Source: Camelus dromedarius
Lineage: Eukaryota
Direction: 5' to 3'
Assembly: GCF_036321535.1 (NCBI RefSeq)
Contig: NC_087436.1
Location: 118,422,001-118,486,000, forward strand
DNA: 64,000 nucleotides
The notes under the pieces are model-generated. The model was not told the origin of the DNA and made no database searches. It saw only the letters and a program-made list of their open reading frames with translations. The translations under genes and the position numbers were made by a program. Below, one piece after another: positions 28,601-43,600 of this stretch. Within the stretch, counting starts at the first letter, position 1. Each line of letters opens with the position of its first letter.

Positions 28601-31600
28601 TATAAATCTAGAGCAAAGACATGAAACATAAAAAAGAGGAAACTGAGAAAAACATCATAGAAAACCATCAAATCAAAATGGCAGATAGAAACACCAGAAA
28701 TAAAAAGGGACATATACAGCAACCAGAAAAAAGACAAAATGGTAGAACTAAGTCCTCATCTATCAATCATAACCTTAAATGTAAATGGATTGAATTCACC
28801 AATCAAAAGACACAGAGTGGCTGAATGGATTAAGACCCAACTGCATGCTGCCTGTCAGCTCTAAAGACAAATATGGGCTGAAAGGGAAGGGCCGGAAGAG
28901 GATACTCCAAGCAAATGGCAGCCAAAAAGGGGGGGTGTAGCCAAACTCATATCAGACAAAACAGACTTTAAGCCAAAAAAGGTAATGAGACAAAAATGAG
29001 CAGTGTATAATGATAAAAGGGAAACTGCATCAAGAAGATCTAACAGCTATTAATATACATGCACCAAACACGGGAGCACCAGCATATATAAAACAAGTAT
29101 TAGCAGACCTAAAGGGAGAAACTGACAGCAGCACAATAATAATGAGAGATTCATTTTAACACCCTGCTTACATCAATGAATAGATCATGGAGACAGAAAG
29201 TCAAAAAGGAAACAGTAGAACAGATGGGTTTGATAGATTTGTACAGAACATTCCATCCAAACGCAGTAGAACACACATTCTCCTAAGTGAACATGAAACT
29301 TTCTCAAGGACAGATCATATGTTGGTACACAAACAATTCTCAGTAAGTTAAGAAGACTAAGGACATACCAAGCATCTTTTCTGAACACAGTGGTATGAAA
29401 CTAGAAATCAACTACAAGAAGAAAGTTGGAAAAATCACAAATATCTGAAGACTAAAACATGTTACTGAACAATTATTGGGTCAATGCCAAAATCAAAAGA
29501 GAAATTAAAAAATGTACCCGAAGACAAACAAAAATACAACATACCAAAAAATCTATGGGATGCAGCAAAGGCAGCCCTAAGAGGTAATTCACAGCAATAA
29601 GGCCTACCTCAAGAAACAAGAAAAATCTCAAATAAACAATCTAATTATACACATAAAGGAACTAGAAAAAGAAGAACAAATGAAGCCCAAAGTCAGTAGA
29701 AGGACAGAAATAAACATCAAAGTGAAAATAAATGAAATAGAGACTAAAAAGACAAAAATTAATGAAACTAAGAGCTGGTTCTTGGAGAAGGTAAAATTGA
29801 CAAGCCTTTAGCTAGATTAAAAAAGAGAGAGAGAAAGCACTGATAAATAAAATCAAATATGAAAGAAGAGGAATAACAACAGACACCACAGAAATACAGA
29901 GGATTGTAAGAAAATATTATGGACAGTGTACAACAAATTTGACAAAGAAGAATTGGACAAATTCTTAGAATCATACAACTTTTCAAAATTGAATTATGAA
30001 GAAATAGAAAATCTGAATAGATCAATTACTAGTACAGAGATTGAAATAGTGATCAAAAAGCCTCCAAAACACAAGTCCAGGACCAGATGGCTTCACAGGT
30101 GAATTCTATCAAACATTAAAAGAAGATTTAATACCTATCTTATCAAACTCTCCCAAAATACAAAAGAGGAGGGAATGTTTCCTAACTTTAGAAGTCCAAC
30201 ATCACACTAATACCAAAAGCAGACAAAGACAACACAAAAAAAGAAAATTACAGGCCAGTATCTCTCATGAACATAGATGAAAAAATCCTCAACAAAATAT
30301 TAGTAAACTGAATAAACAATATGTTAAAAGAATCATACACCATATTAAGTGGGATTTATTCCAAGGAGGCAAAGATGCTTCAACATCTTCAAATCAATCA
30401 AACTGATATACCACGCTAACAAAATGAAGGATAAAAATCATCTGATCATCTAATAGATGCACAAAAAGCATTTGACAAGACGCAGTATCTATTTATCATA
30501 AAATCTCTCAATAAAATGGGTGTAGGGGGAACATACCTCAACATAATAAAGGCCACATATGATGAACCTACAGCTAACATCATCTTCAACAGTGAAAAAC
30601 TGAAACCTGTCCCTCTGAAATCAGGAACAAGACATGGATGCCCACTCTCACCACTCTTATTCAACACAGTATTGGAGTCCTAGCTAGTGGAATTAGGCAA
30701 AAAAAAAAAACTAAAGGTATCCAAATTAGGAAGAAAGAATTAAAACTGTCACCATTTTCAGATGACATAAGTATATATATAGAAAACACTAAAGACTCCA
30801 GCAAAAAAACTAAAAGAAATAATAAACAGTAAAGTTGCAGGATACAAAATCAACTTACAAAAATCTGCTGCACTTCTACACACTAGCAATGAGCTACCAG
30901 AAAGAGAAATTTTAAAAATTCCATTTACAATTGCAACAAAAAAAAATGAAATGCCTAGGAATGAATCTGACCAAAGAGGTGAAAGATCTGTATGCTGAAA
31001 AGTATAAAATATTGCTGAAAGAAATCGAAGAAGGCACAAATAAATGGAAAAATACCCCATGTTAATGGATGGAATGAGGTATTTTTAATGTTCATATTAC
31101 CTAATCTAGAGATTCAATGCAATCTCTATCAAAACCCCAAGGGCATTTTTCACAGAAAGAGAACAAAAAATTTTTAATTTATGTGGAACTACAAAAGACG
31201 CTGAATAACCAAAGCAATCCTGAGAAAAAAAATAATAAAGCTGGAGGTATCACATGCCCTGATTTCAAACTATATTACAAAACCATAGTAATCAAAACAG
31301 CATGGTATTGGCACAAAAACAGATACACAGATCAATGGAATAGAACTGAGTGCTCAGAAATAAACCCATGCATATATGGGCAATTAATCTACAACAAAGG
31401 AGCAAAGAATAGACAATGGAGAAATGACAGTCTCTTCAATAAATGGTGTTAAGAAAGCTGGACAACCACATGAAAAAAATGAAACTAGACCACTATTTCA
31501 CACCGTACACCAAGATAAACTCAAAATGGATTGAAGACTTACCTGTAAGACCTGAAACTATAAAACTCCTAAAAGAAAACAAAGGCAATACATCCTTGGT

Positions 31601-34600
31601 CACAGGTCTCAGCAGTATCTGTCTAGATATGTCTCCTCAGGCAAAGGAATCAAAAGCAAAAATAAACAAATAGGACTACATCAAACCAAAAAGCTTCTGT
31701 ACAGCAAAGGAAACCATCAGTAAAATGAAAAGACAACCTACTGACTGGAAGAAGGTATTTCCAAATAATATATCTGATACGTGGTAATATCCAAAAATAT
31801 ATAAAGAACTGATACAACTCAACAACAACCACATGAAACAACCCAATCAGTAAATAGATGGAGCTGAACAGACATTTTTCCAAAGAAGACACATAGATGG
31901 CCAACAGGCACACAAAAACAACATCACTAGTTATCAGGGAAATGCAAATCAAAACCATGATGAGGTATCACCTCATGCCTGTTAGAATAGCTATTATCCA
32001 AAAGGCAAGAAATAACAAGTGTTGGTGGGAATGTAAGTTGGTGCAGCCATTATGGAAAACACTATGGAGATTCCTCAAAAAAATAAGACTAGACCTATCG
32101 TATGATCCAGCTACTGGATATATATACCCTACTTCTGAGTATTTATCCAAAGAATGTGAAAACACTAATTTGAAAAGATATATGCACCCTTATGCTCACT
32201 GCAGCTTTATTTGCAATTGCCAAGCTATGGAAGCTACCTCAGTGCCCATCAACGGACAAAAGATAAAGAAGAAATGTATATACACAATGGAATATTACTC
32301 AGCCATAAAAAGATGAAGTCTTGCCATTTGCAACAACATAGATGGACTGTGACAGTATTAGTAAGTGAAACAAGTCAGATGGAGAAAGAAAATACCACAT
32401 GACTGCACTCATATGTGGAGCACAGAAAACAAACGAAAACACAAAATAAATGAATAAACCAAGCCAAACAAAAGCAAACATGTAGATACAGAGAACAGAA
32501 TAGTGGGTACCAAAGAAAGGGTGGGGAGAAGGGATGAATGGGTAAAGGGGGTCATCTGCCCTGTAACCAATGAAGACTAAATTTTTGGTGGTGAGCGCAG
32601 TGTAGGGGATACAGAAGTAGAAATATAATGTTGTGGACGTGAAACTTACATAATGCTATAAACCAGTGTTGCCCCCATAATAATAAAATAAAATAAAAAC
32701 ATTCAGATCATGATCCTTAAAAGTAAACAGATAAATAGACAAAAAATTAAAATTAAAAAGAACTGAATTCAGTTTAGCCAAAATCACATCTCCTGGTCTG
32801 GCCTCTCTCTCCAGGTGTCACTTTCTCTACTTCACTGTCCTACTCAACACCCCAACCCACACATCAGTCGTACTGAGCTGCTTACACTTTGCCAAATGTA
32901 TGTGTCTTGCTCATTTCCTATCTTGGGATCTGCCCCGAAAAGCCTCCCTTCCCTTAATCTACTGGGAAAGCTTCTGCTCATGCTTCAGGAATTAGTGAAA
33001 ATCTCTTTTCCTCTGGGAAGCATTTCCACGAGCAGCTCAGAGGTAATTACTTTTTCTCCTGGGCTCAGCTAGCCCCAGTCTTACCGTGGTATTCATCAGA
33101 CTTGTGTGGTCACTTCTGTTCATGTGTTCTCACTAGGTCAGATCACCTCCTAGCCCAAACCATGTCTTATCTTTTTTTCTCAGATACCAAGCATAGTGTT
33201 CAGTGCGTGGCAGTTACTCGATTATGACTGCTGATGACACATGAATGATCCCTGGAGTGAGTTAAAGGATGAAACGCACTCAGTGTTTGCTCTCCTACTG
33301 CTGTCATTAGAACACTCATCATATCCGTGAAAGTATAATGGGACCTGGAATTCTTACTCTTCCAAGGCTTGGAGCATGCTCCCGGGGTCCTCTGAAGACA
33401 GAATGTCTACCATTTGGTCATTCAGAGCAAGGTCTTCATTCACACCATCCGCTGTGAACTGGGAGTGCTCCAGCTTGCTCTCGTGATGCTGGCCCTGCAG
33501 GAGAATTTCAGAAACAACAATTGAGTGGCTCTTCTTCTGAAGGTCACGGGCTGGGAAAGTCATGGAGGAAAGTCATGGATCCCCAGGCAGAGAACCTAGC
33601 TGGCCCCAGCACTGGTGAGCAGGCAAGACACTTTGCTGAGCCTCATTTTCTTGTCAGAGAAATAGGATCACAATTCTGGTAGCCGTGCACAAGCTTGTTG
33701 TGTGGCTAAAACAAAGCAATGGCTGGAAAGACCTTCGTAACTATAAAGACCCAATAAAAATATTTCATCATCATCACCGCCATCTTATTATCACCATCAT
33801 CATCACCACCACCATCATCACCATCACCATCATGATCATCCCCAACAGCATCCCCATCGTCGTGCAGGGGAAAATTACATTTGGCAGATGAACTTCAACA
33901 TCATGGATCTGACTGGGTTTCTAATCAAAATACAGATGTGGAAGATGGAAGTGCCATCAGAGATAATTAAGCTCAACCCTCCGACCGGATGGACGATGTG
34001 CCTGTTTTGCACCAACATCATTAACTCTGCAGAAATGGGTGATAATTATACTCACATTTAAGAATTCCTGTCCCCGTGCCTTGTATGTGTTATATCATGA
34101 AATTGTCACGCAAAAGAAGTGCTGACGCCCCCGCTTTACATGTATGGAAACTGCAGCTCAGACTGATGAAATGACATCATCTGAGTTCACACAGCCCATA
34201 AAGAGCCTCGGTGGTGTTTGATCCCAAGTCTACCTACCTCTAAAGGCTATCTTCTGTTTTACAGCACGTGGCCCCACTGATCACCACCGCAGTGGAAAAA
34301 TTCTTTTAAATGTGAAAAGAGTTCATTTTGTGATGCAGGAAAAAAAAAAAATACTACAAGGGTCTTCAGACCTGAAATCAGATTCATACTCTGCTTTCCT
34401 CCCACGGTTGTAACAATCAGACTTTAATCTCCGAGCAATGAATCCTTGTTCCTTCATCAAAACAGCAGGGTGAGTTTTGTTCTGTGATCGATAACAGCTT
34501 TGGGAGAGGAAGCAGGATGTCTCATTAGCTGGGCCATTTTCCTTCTCAAAGCCTTTTGCCTGCCCAGGAGAGGGTGGCCTGACCTCATTTTGAAATGACA

Positions 34601-37600
34601 ATTCTCTCCTCCAGGAAGCAGAGGCAAAAGGAACGGTGAGGGCAGGACTGCCAGCCTCCAGGGAGGCGGGGGCTCCTCAGAAGCCAGGTCCCAGCCTACG
34701 CTCACACTTGAAGCAGGTTGTTTAACTTCAGGGGCTTCAGTTCCCTCACCATCCAGGGAGGGAGGAAGATAACAGATGTTCCTTTCAAGGCGGTGCTGGA
34801 CCTCTGGGTGACACTGCATCGCAGCAGCTGAGCCCCGGTGGCCCTGCAGGACGGAACAGCCCAACCAGGGGCTCACTCCCCTCAGTGCCTTCTCACCTTC
34901 CTCTGTCTGTCCATTACTGATTGGCCGAGGGTGCATTCATTCCTTCACACATTCATCGAATGCCTTCTAAGCACAGGGCTCTGTACCAGGTGATGGAATA
35001 TCGCAGCCACCATTCATCCTCCAACCATGTCCCCTCACCCTCGCCACTCAGTGCCCTCTCACCCAAGATCCACCAGCCAATACCTACGCTTCCTTCCCTG
35101 AAGGCTCCTGCTGGCCTTCAGAACCCATGCCGGGGAAATAACATCACCCTTTGGCCTGGCCCCCTTGCCCTCTTGTCCTCAACCAATGACCAGTGGGATC
35201 TGATGGCTGAGTGCCCCAGCTCCATCTCCCTTTAGGCGGGCTGATGCCAAAGCTAGATCGACACTGGCCCCAGTGTTCCATTCCCATGGGGGATGAAGCT
35301 CGGGTGCCCACAGTCATGACTTGATTGGCTGCCTTCCCTTTCGGCCTCACTCCCCCACCCCTCTCATTATTTCCTGGGATCACTTCCCCATAGGAACTAT
35401 TTGTATGTGGATCCTGGTCTCAGGATGTGCTTCTGTGGGAACCCAGAGCAAGACAGGAAAGCCGAGATCGAGGAGTTCACAGATGGGCCTAATACATTAG
35501 GATAAATGCTGCGTGGGGTCCGGAAGCTAGCGCAGGGACCCAGAGAGAGGGCCCCTAACTCAGCCAGGAGATGGCCAGTAATGATGTCCAGGGAGGGGCA
35601 AAGTCCAAGATGAGTCTTAAAGGATGTGTCAGAGTTCTGCTTGTTGATGAACAGAGAGGATCGAAAAAGCATCCGAGGTGAGTGTGGAGAGCTCGGGGGT
35701 CTCGGAGACACCCAGTCATGGGTAGAGCGGGATGTTGACATGTGAGGCTGGACCACGGGAGGCTTTCCTTATGAGCTGTGCTAAGGAGTCTGGGCTTCAC
35801 CCTGAGGATGAAGTGAGTCTTCAAAGTCTTTTCAGAGGACAGTGTGGACCAGGGCCTGAATTAGGATGTGGCATGAATACAAAGTGGGCCACACAGGTGG
35901 GTGCTCAGTGATTCGGCCAGAATGCAGGGATTCTCCGTCCTGGTCACATTAGGGTCATCCAGGGAGCTTTTAAAAACTACTAAGGATGGTGATGCACCCA
36001 GGACAAAGCGGTCAGACCTCTGCAGGAGGACCTGGGTCTGAGCGTGCCTCCGCGGCTCCCCCGGGGATTCCGGCATCTGTCCAGACTTGAAACACACCGA
36101 ACTGAAGGATAAACTTCCACCCCATGTCTACCACCAGCCAACCACCCGCCAGGAAGAAGATGCAGATGGATTCCCACCTGATGTCTGGTAAGCAGGCTTC
36201 CCTTCAAACACCGATATCGAACCATGAAGAAAAGCGCAGTCCAGGTCAGCAGAAGGGAGAGGATGAAGGCCACGAAGAACCCGGCCGCGTGGAGGCCGTG
36301 GTTTGGCAGGACCTACGGGGATAAGAGGCAGAGAGAGATTTGTTCGTGGTCATGCCTTCCATCTCTCAAATCAAGCTGTGACTAAGGGAGAGTGGAACAA
36401 ACAGTTAGCGAGACCCACCTGGGTTTGGACTGGGCTCTGGCACCTACTAGCTGGTCACCTTGAGACCATCACTGGACCTCTCTGGGCCTGAGCTAAATGG
36501 GGCAAATACTTCAAGGAGCTGAACATGGAGGCATGCATACAGTAGGACCATCCACCCCAAGGCTGGCACATCACAGGCACTCAGGAAGGTTAAATTCCCA
36601 ACTCAAATACATAACAAACCTAAGGCAGCATGAAGTATCTGTGAAATACTTCGAGTCGGGCAGAAATCTGCAGATGCTATTGCCCTGGGAGGTGTGGCCC
36701 ACTCTGGACCTCAGGATCACTCTGAAGGATGCACGTGGTGGGGGGAGCACCACACAGGCGGAGGCAGGCCAGCTGCCAGGCAACCCAATGAACGACGAGG
36801 CACGGTGGACTCCAGAGCTCACATGAGCTTACTTTGATGTGCCCTGCCTACTTCCCTCTCCTCGAAGGCTTCCTCTGGGCCCCAATCAGCGACAGCCTGG
36901 GCCTAGTGTGAGTCCACGGATGGGCCAGGAGTGGCTGGCAGCAAAAAACAACTGTAAGAAGCAAGATGCTCTAGACACTCCCCATCTGCCCCTCCCTCCA
37001 CCAGTTCTGGGGGATCTGGAACGTGGTGCCAATGACGGCAGCAGCTGCCATTTTGCTAAGCACTCGGGATGGGTCAGGCTGTGGGCTCACACTGGAGCTC
37101 ACGCCACAGTCATCCGAAGGGTCTGTGGCAACATGAATCGCCGGGCCCACCCTCGGAGTTTCTGAGTCACTAGACCCAGGGCAGGAACTGAGAAGTGGCG
37201 TTGCTGGCAAGTTGCCAGGGGATGCTGCTGTCTGCTTGTCTGGGAACCAGACACTTTGAGAACCCCTGGGTTGACGCTTTCACAACAATCAACTCCTTAA
37301 ATTCTCCCAAAGACATTTTGAGCAAAAATAAAAACAGCTCTGCATTGCAAATCATTTAGACCTGAATGCAAATGCCTCTTCTATCAAATAGCTGCGATGC
37401 TCTGGGCAACTGACTTGACTTCTGGGAACCTCGGTTCTCTCATCTGTAATATGGGGCTAAAAATACCCCACAGCAAGGAGATTAAACCACACCCTGAGGC
37501 GGAGGGGCCCCGTGCAAAGCTCGGCTCATCTATTTAATCAGGAGTGTTTACCGGGTGTCTGCCATGCTTTACACACATTATCCATTTACTCCCCGTGACC

Positions 37601-40600
37601 ATATTATAAAGTGGGCACTATTTCAATCCATACTTTCAAATTATTGTGCCAAAGTACAAATAAATTAAACAGATGGCCCAAGGCCACAGAGCTGTTAAGT
37701 AGCAGACCCAGGATTCACACCCAGCAGTTCAGGCAAGCAGCCTCCACGCCACAGCTGCCTCCCCAGACTCCAGCCTGGCCTTTTACTTGTTGCCCTGCAT
37801 GGGCCCACCAGGCGCCGGTGCCACCGTGAACATTTTGGTTCCCACCCTGAGCACACCACTCACCCTTTTGTGGTGAGTGACTAGCAGGGCAGAGTTTTAG
37901 AATTCCTGAGTCTCTGGCCAAACGCCTTCACAGTCCCATCAAAACTGTTTAACTATCAACATTTTTATCGAACTTTCACCAGAGGACAAGTACTTCCTTT
38001 TTGATCTTTCAAACTATGCTTTAAATTCAGAACTCACACTTCACGTGTGCAAAACCAAGCTTCTCTATCATCCCCTCTGCCTGAAACTCTATTAAGTGGC
38101 TACATCACAATGGCTCGCAGGTTTGACTTGATGTTTGCGTGTGGTTGTGACTTTCTGTGACATCAAGTTAATTCATGGATTCGATGAGCCCAGTGCCAGG
38201 CGTGGGAGAGACAAGGAGGAAAGAGACCTGGACTCTGCTCCAAGGAGCTCAGCATCCTGCGGAGGAATGGCTAGGCACGCAGGCTGGGGTGACATGAGGC
38301 TGGGGTGAGGGGGATGCCCGAGGATTAAGGTGGGAGGATGTGCAACCTCTAAACTGGCTCAAAGGACAAAGAAGACCTTCCAAGAGGTGACCCATGGGCA
38401 GAGGACAACAAGCCAGACCAAGAGGAGGGTCAGCCAAGCAGAGGAAATGGCGTGAATGGGACCTGCAGGTGGCAAGAGACACAGCCTGAGTCCCAAAGGG
38501 CTTTCAAGAGGAGGCTGGGGAGGCGGGGATCACTGCAAGGTTCTAAGCCAGGAAGTAACACAGTAACACCAGTATTTTAGAAAAAGAAATCTGGCTACTG
38601 TGTGACTTCAGTCTGGAGGATAACCCTGGATGTCACAGCCAAGGGAGAAATGACGAAGACAAGAAACAAGGCTGTCAGAAGCAGTAGGACATATTCGTAA
38701 AGACCATGGACTGAGGCTCTAGCTGGGGTTCAGCTCGCAGCTCTGCCCCCTACCACACTGCGGGACCCCGAGCCTTCCTTTCTCTAAGCTGAAGTTTCCT
38801 CATTTGTAAAATGAGGGCAAAAATCTTGCAGACGAATTCCACTGATAATCATTGTAAGTACAGATTTCAAAGAGCCCATTTATCTTAAATTTCATTATCT
38901 AAGAATAAAGAAAAAGAAGGGGGATCAGGGACCCCAGCTTTCTTATCCTCAGAGCCCCTGGCTAACTTTCCCTCTTGTCTCTGAAAAAGACTCAGCCGTC
39001 ACTACCACCCCTTTAATCACACATTAGCTGGTAGCAGATTCCTTTGATGAGTTCCACCACTGAGTTTAGGAAGAGTGATGCCAGACCAAAAAAAAAAACT
39101 TTCAAAAGAAATGCTTTAAATGCTTAAAATCCAATAACAAGTTACAAAAACATGAGGAGAAATTGTTTATACAGTTTGGCTTCAACTATGTAATAAATAT
39201 ATTCATAGACTTGCAGAAGGCAAGAAACCATCGTGTTAGCAACTGTTCTGTCTGGAGGTGGGGACATGAGGTAATGCTATTTTGTCTGTCTCTGTGTTTA
39301 GAGAGGCTGTTTATGTCCACATGGACATATATTAAATCTCACCCCTTCCCAAACAGGAAGAGTTTGAAGGGGACATCACACAGAATGACTTCCCTGGAAG
39401 AGATTTTAGGAGCAATTTAGCTGAAATTCTTGTTGAAGAAGCAGAAGGGTCAGTGACTTGCTGACCCTTGTCCCACAGCCTTTGAAGGGCAGCTCTGAGG
39501 GCAGAGATGGACAGTTCCAGCAAGAGCGAGAGCTTGGAGTTAACCACCGGTGGAGACAATCACACTTACTAATAGAGCTGGTAAGTTACAACCTAGTGAA
39601 CAAGGCTTGGATTACAGAACAAACCGTACAGCAGGATTCCATTCCGCAATGCTGTCACCAAGCTTCAGGACCTTGGCCAGTTCCCAGAGTCTCTAAGGAC
39701 CTGGGTGTTTTACTCTCAAAGGAGGAAGTAAAACTGTATATTTAAAGTCTCTCCCTCGGCAAAAGTTCTATTCTGAGGTCAACAAAATGTATTAAGTGTC
39801 AACCAGGGGAATAATCTCAGTATCACAGAGTGACAAGGTATATCAGATGTCCCAATGTCATGGGACTCCAGCAAGAGGTGCCAGGAGCATGCCTTGGGGA
39901 TGCAGAGCAATCAGAAGTGAAGAAAGTTGGTCAGGGTCCTGCAGGATGTTTACAAGCTGCCCAGAGGACAAGTAAGAGAAGATCAGAGCGACGTGGAAAA
40001 CACTGGAATCCCACAGCCCAGGGAGCCAGCAGAGGCCCCCTTTCCTGGTGGACACTGAATCCTTCTTCCAGCAGGCAATAGGGAGCCCCTCCAGAACAGA
40101 AAGTGAGCAGGTTGGTGCTTCAAAAAGATTACTGCAGTGAGAACAATGGGCTGGAGGGGAGCAGGGCTGGACGGGCAGGAGGCTGGTGCACTCATCCAAA
40201 CAAGACGTGACCCCGAGAAGGCAAATGTGATATGTGACCACATGCCTCCCATCCTGCGAGTCAAACTCAAAGCCACATGCTTCCGCCCACAGAGTTACAT
40301 GCTCTCTCCACTGTGCTCAAGGGCACACATTGTAAATCCTCGTATTTGAGAAATTCTCATACCGTACATAGTTATGTACTGAGGCATTCTTTATCTTAGT
40401 AATTAATACAAGATCTTTCTATATTAAAGACTTTAATCCTTTTTAATGTGTGTTGCAAATAGTTTCCCAAGTTTGCCACTTCTCATTCCCAATGCTGTTT
40501 TCAAATGTAAAGTTTTCAACTATTTGTGTCCTCAAATCCATGATTTTCCTCCATGGTTTTTTTTCATAGCGTATTAACCAATATTTACTTTCCACAAACT

Positions 40601-43600
40601 GTTTTGTCTATTTAGATTTAAATCTGTTTAGGGAATTCATCTTCATTTTTCTTTCAAAAGATCCAGTCAGTTGCCTCCAAATTTATGAGTGAAACATTCT
40701 CCTCCCATTGATTGAAATAGCATTTTATCACATACATACATGTAGACATTCTACTTCATTCCACTGGTCTGACTTTTCTTGCGGGACCATTATACATACA
40801 GCATTAATGTAGCTTTCTGATTTTTTTAATCTGCTAGGGCAAATCCTTCCACGTTACTCTTTGTTTCAAAATGGTCTCACTAGCTTCCTAAGTTTATATT
40901 TTCAGGTGAAACTATGATTTGATCACATCCTTCTGCAAAATTCCACTATGATTATTACTGGAACTACATTCTAAATGAATCTGGGTGACGCAACAATTGG
41001 TTTAAATGTCCCTCTCTTGATTAGATCCAGATCCTTGTAGCGGAGTATGACGGCCTTCTCCCTGGTACCTGGCACAGTGCCCAGCTGGAGGGAAGTCCAG
41101 TTCCCCGGACTGCCTGAATTCAATGTCCAGCAAGAGGTGGAGAGATTATTTTCCTCTCAAAGAGACTCCATTCATCCAGGAGACAGAAAGGGTAAGAAGA
41201 CTTTTTGGGGCCTTAGTGGACATACGTCACTTTCGCTGGCAGGAAATTAATAATAAATCAAGGAGATGATGGGGTCTCTTCCAAGTGTTGCAGACCCCAA
41301 TTTACACGATGGATAACTTAATGTCTTTACTTTGTGTTTTCTAACTGCTTGATGAAAGTGTCAGAGGAGTGCCTACCCTGCCGCCGAGCTCCCGCTACTC
41401 ACCACTGTCACACTTCCCTAGCATAATGGTGCTAGCTTTGCAGGCGCCCAAGTCAGCCCTGCTAGAATATACGCTACAGCTGGCAAGGGCCTTGCTGCGT
41501 CCTTTCGTGTCCTTAGTGGTACTAGGCACTGTGCATGCGTCCAGTCTATCTCGGTTCATGTCCAACCCACAGTCAAATAGGCTTAACCTTGATGTCAGAT
41601 CTTCAGCTGCGTATTTCAGGAACCTCTCCTTCATCTTTTTTTAATTCTTATTTTTCACTGAAGTACAGTCTATTTGTGTTAGTTTCATGTGTACAGCAAA
41701 GCAATGCAGTTACACACATCTCTCCTCCGTTTTAATGAAGTCCTTCCTTTAAGATCCAGCTGAATTCTTACCTCCTCCAGGAGGCCTGCCATCCAGCCAG
41801 CCCACCCAGCAGCCCGTCTCTCTTGTCAGTATCCCCAGCACCTGTGGTTATTTGTTGGGTCACAACCTCACAAATTCAGCCACAGTTGATGTGCACTGTT
41901 TGGCCTTTTTTCCCCTGGTTTAACGTCTCAGTGTTGGGGGAGGAATGGTGGGTGATGGGCAAGCTGAGTCTCTAGGCTGCCCCAGACTCCACAACGCCCT
42001 AGAATCTTGCCTGGGCCTGACTCCCACACTGGGAGCACCTGTGCGGCCCCCAAGGGAACTTGGGCTTGAGGCCCTGATACATAACGTTCATTCACAATTC
42101 ACACGGAACCCTCGCACAGCGGTGTTGTGCACTTGTGTAATAATACCGGCGACGTTTACGGAGCACTCACAGGAGGCCAGGCCCTGTGCTGAGTGCTTTA
42201 CCTGCACCTTTGACTTTGACGACCACCCTATGAAACGGGAACTACTATTATTCTCATTTTACAGCTAAGAAACTGAGACCCACGGAGGTAAGCACCGTGC
42301 CCAAGATCACACACAAAAATTCCCCCTCAGTGACCTCCTTGAACATGGTCCACAGGCAGAGGTCATCTGGCCCAGGGGCCAATGGGGCTCACATCCAGCC
42401 CACTGCTCCACTGCCAAACCCTGCACCCATGGGTCCGCAGCCCAGAGAAACCTATTCCTGTTCTTCTGCAGGCAGTGTGCGAGCTGGAGACACCCCAAAG
42501 TCCTGGGAATGGTTTGTCTCTATCTACGTGAGGGGGTCTGGGGCCCAGAGGAAGGGCTCATAAATACTAATTAAATGAACGTTCTCTGACCTTTATTGCA
42601 GTCACGCAGTGACCAGCCATCTCCTCCACTGCAGGGCAATCACTGATGACACTGATGACAATCAACTCAATCAAGGGATCTCTACCTGTCGCGTGCCACC
42701 CACAGTGTCAGGCACAGAGGGGGTCGTAGGAATGAATCAGACACGGTCCCACCCGGCAGGAGCTCCCGGATCAGCCAGGAGAATCGTCTGCCTGTGTCCT
42801 TAACTCTGGTTTTGTTCCCACCTTTTCTGGGCAAGAAATCGACTCTCTGGGAGAGAGTGTGGCCCACTGGAGCCAAAGCGCCTGGGTTAAATCCTGTTCT
42901 AACACTACCTGTGCAGAAAGACTCACACAGCAGGCTCAAGACTTCCATCCCTTGAAGGGGCTGCTCCCAAGGCTGGGTCTTAGCTGGCATCTGGGAACCG
43001 GAATTTCGAAGGGTTCCCACCATCCCCATAAAAGCAGCTCACAAGGCCTAAACTGTTGTGCAAACGATGTGATTTACGCTGAACACCTGCTGTCCTTCGG
43101 GGAGTCTGGAGTCCTGGGATGTGCCAGGCAGAGGGTGCCCTCGCGCCCAGCTCCCAGGACAAATCCTGGGGACTCTCCTGAGCTTCCCTGGGAATGGAAT
43201 GGCACTTCACATATGTTGTCACAACTTGACGCCTGAGGAATGAAGCATGTCCTGCGTGCCTCTACTGGGAGAAGACTCTGGAAGCCTGCACCTGGTACCC
43301 TCCAGACCTCACCCCATGTGCCTGTGCTCTTGCCAACTCTGCTTTGCATCCTTTCTCTGTGATAAACCAGCCTGGTACAACCACGCGTGCCGTCCTGTGA
43401 GTCCTCCTGGGGAACCACTGAACCTGGGGGTGGTCTGGGAACCCTGACACACTAGCCATGTGACCTCAGGCAGACTACCTGAACTAGGTGTGCCTCAGCT
43501 TCCCCATCCACGAAATGGAGGGGATTTAAAAGTACAATCTGTCCCCCAAGACTGTGCTGAAGGCGACATGATTCAGCCTGTGTCCTTTGCTTAGGCTGCC

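Noticed and set aside
28026..32402. L1 ORF1/ORF2 fragments as active genes
   Set aside because: Numerous stops and frameshifts; non-functional
41490..41620. Faint resemblance of PF...SAAYF to bornavirus N protein (PF...SAAFY)
   Set aside because: Too short and gapped to support homology without a search
41438..41632. Third codon positions of ORF 41369..41644 form a partial inverted repeat (gggcgac...gtcgccc)
   Set aside because: Post-hoc pattern with no physical base pairing in the real sequence; probably chance
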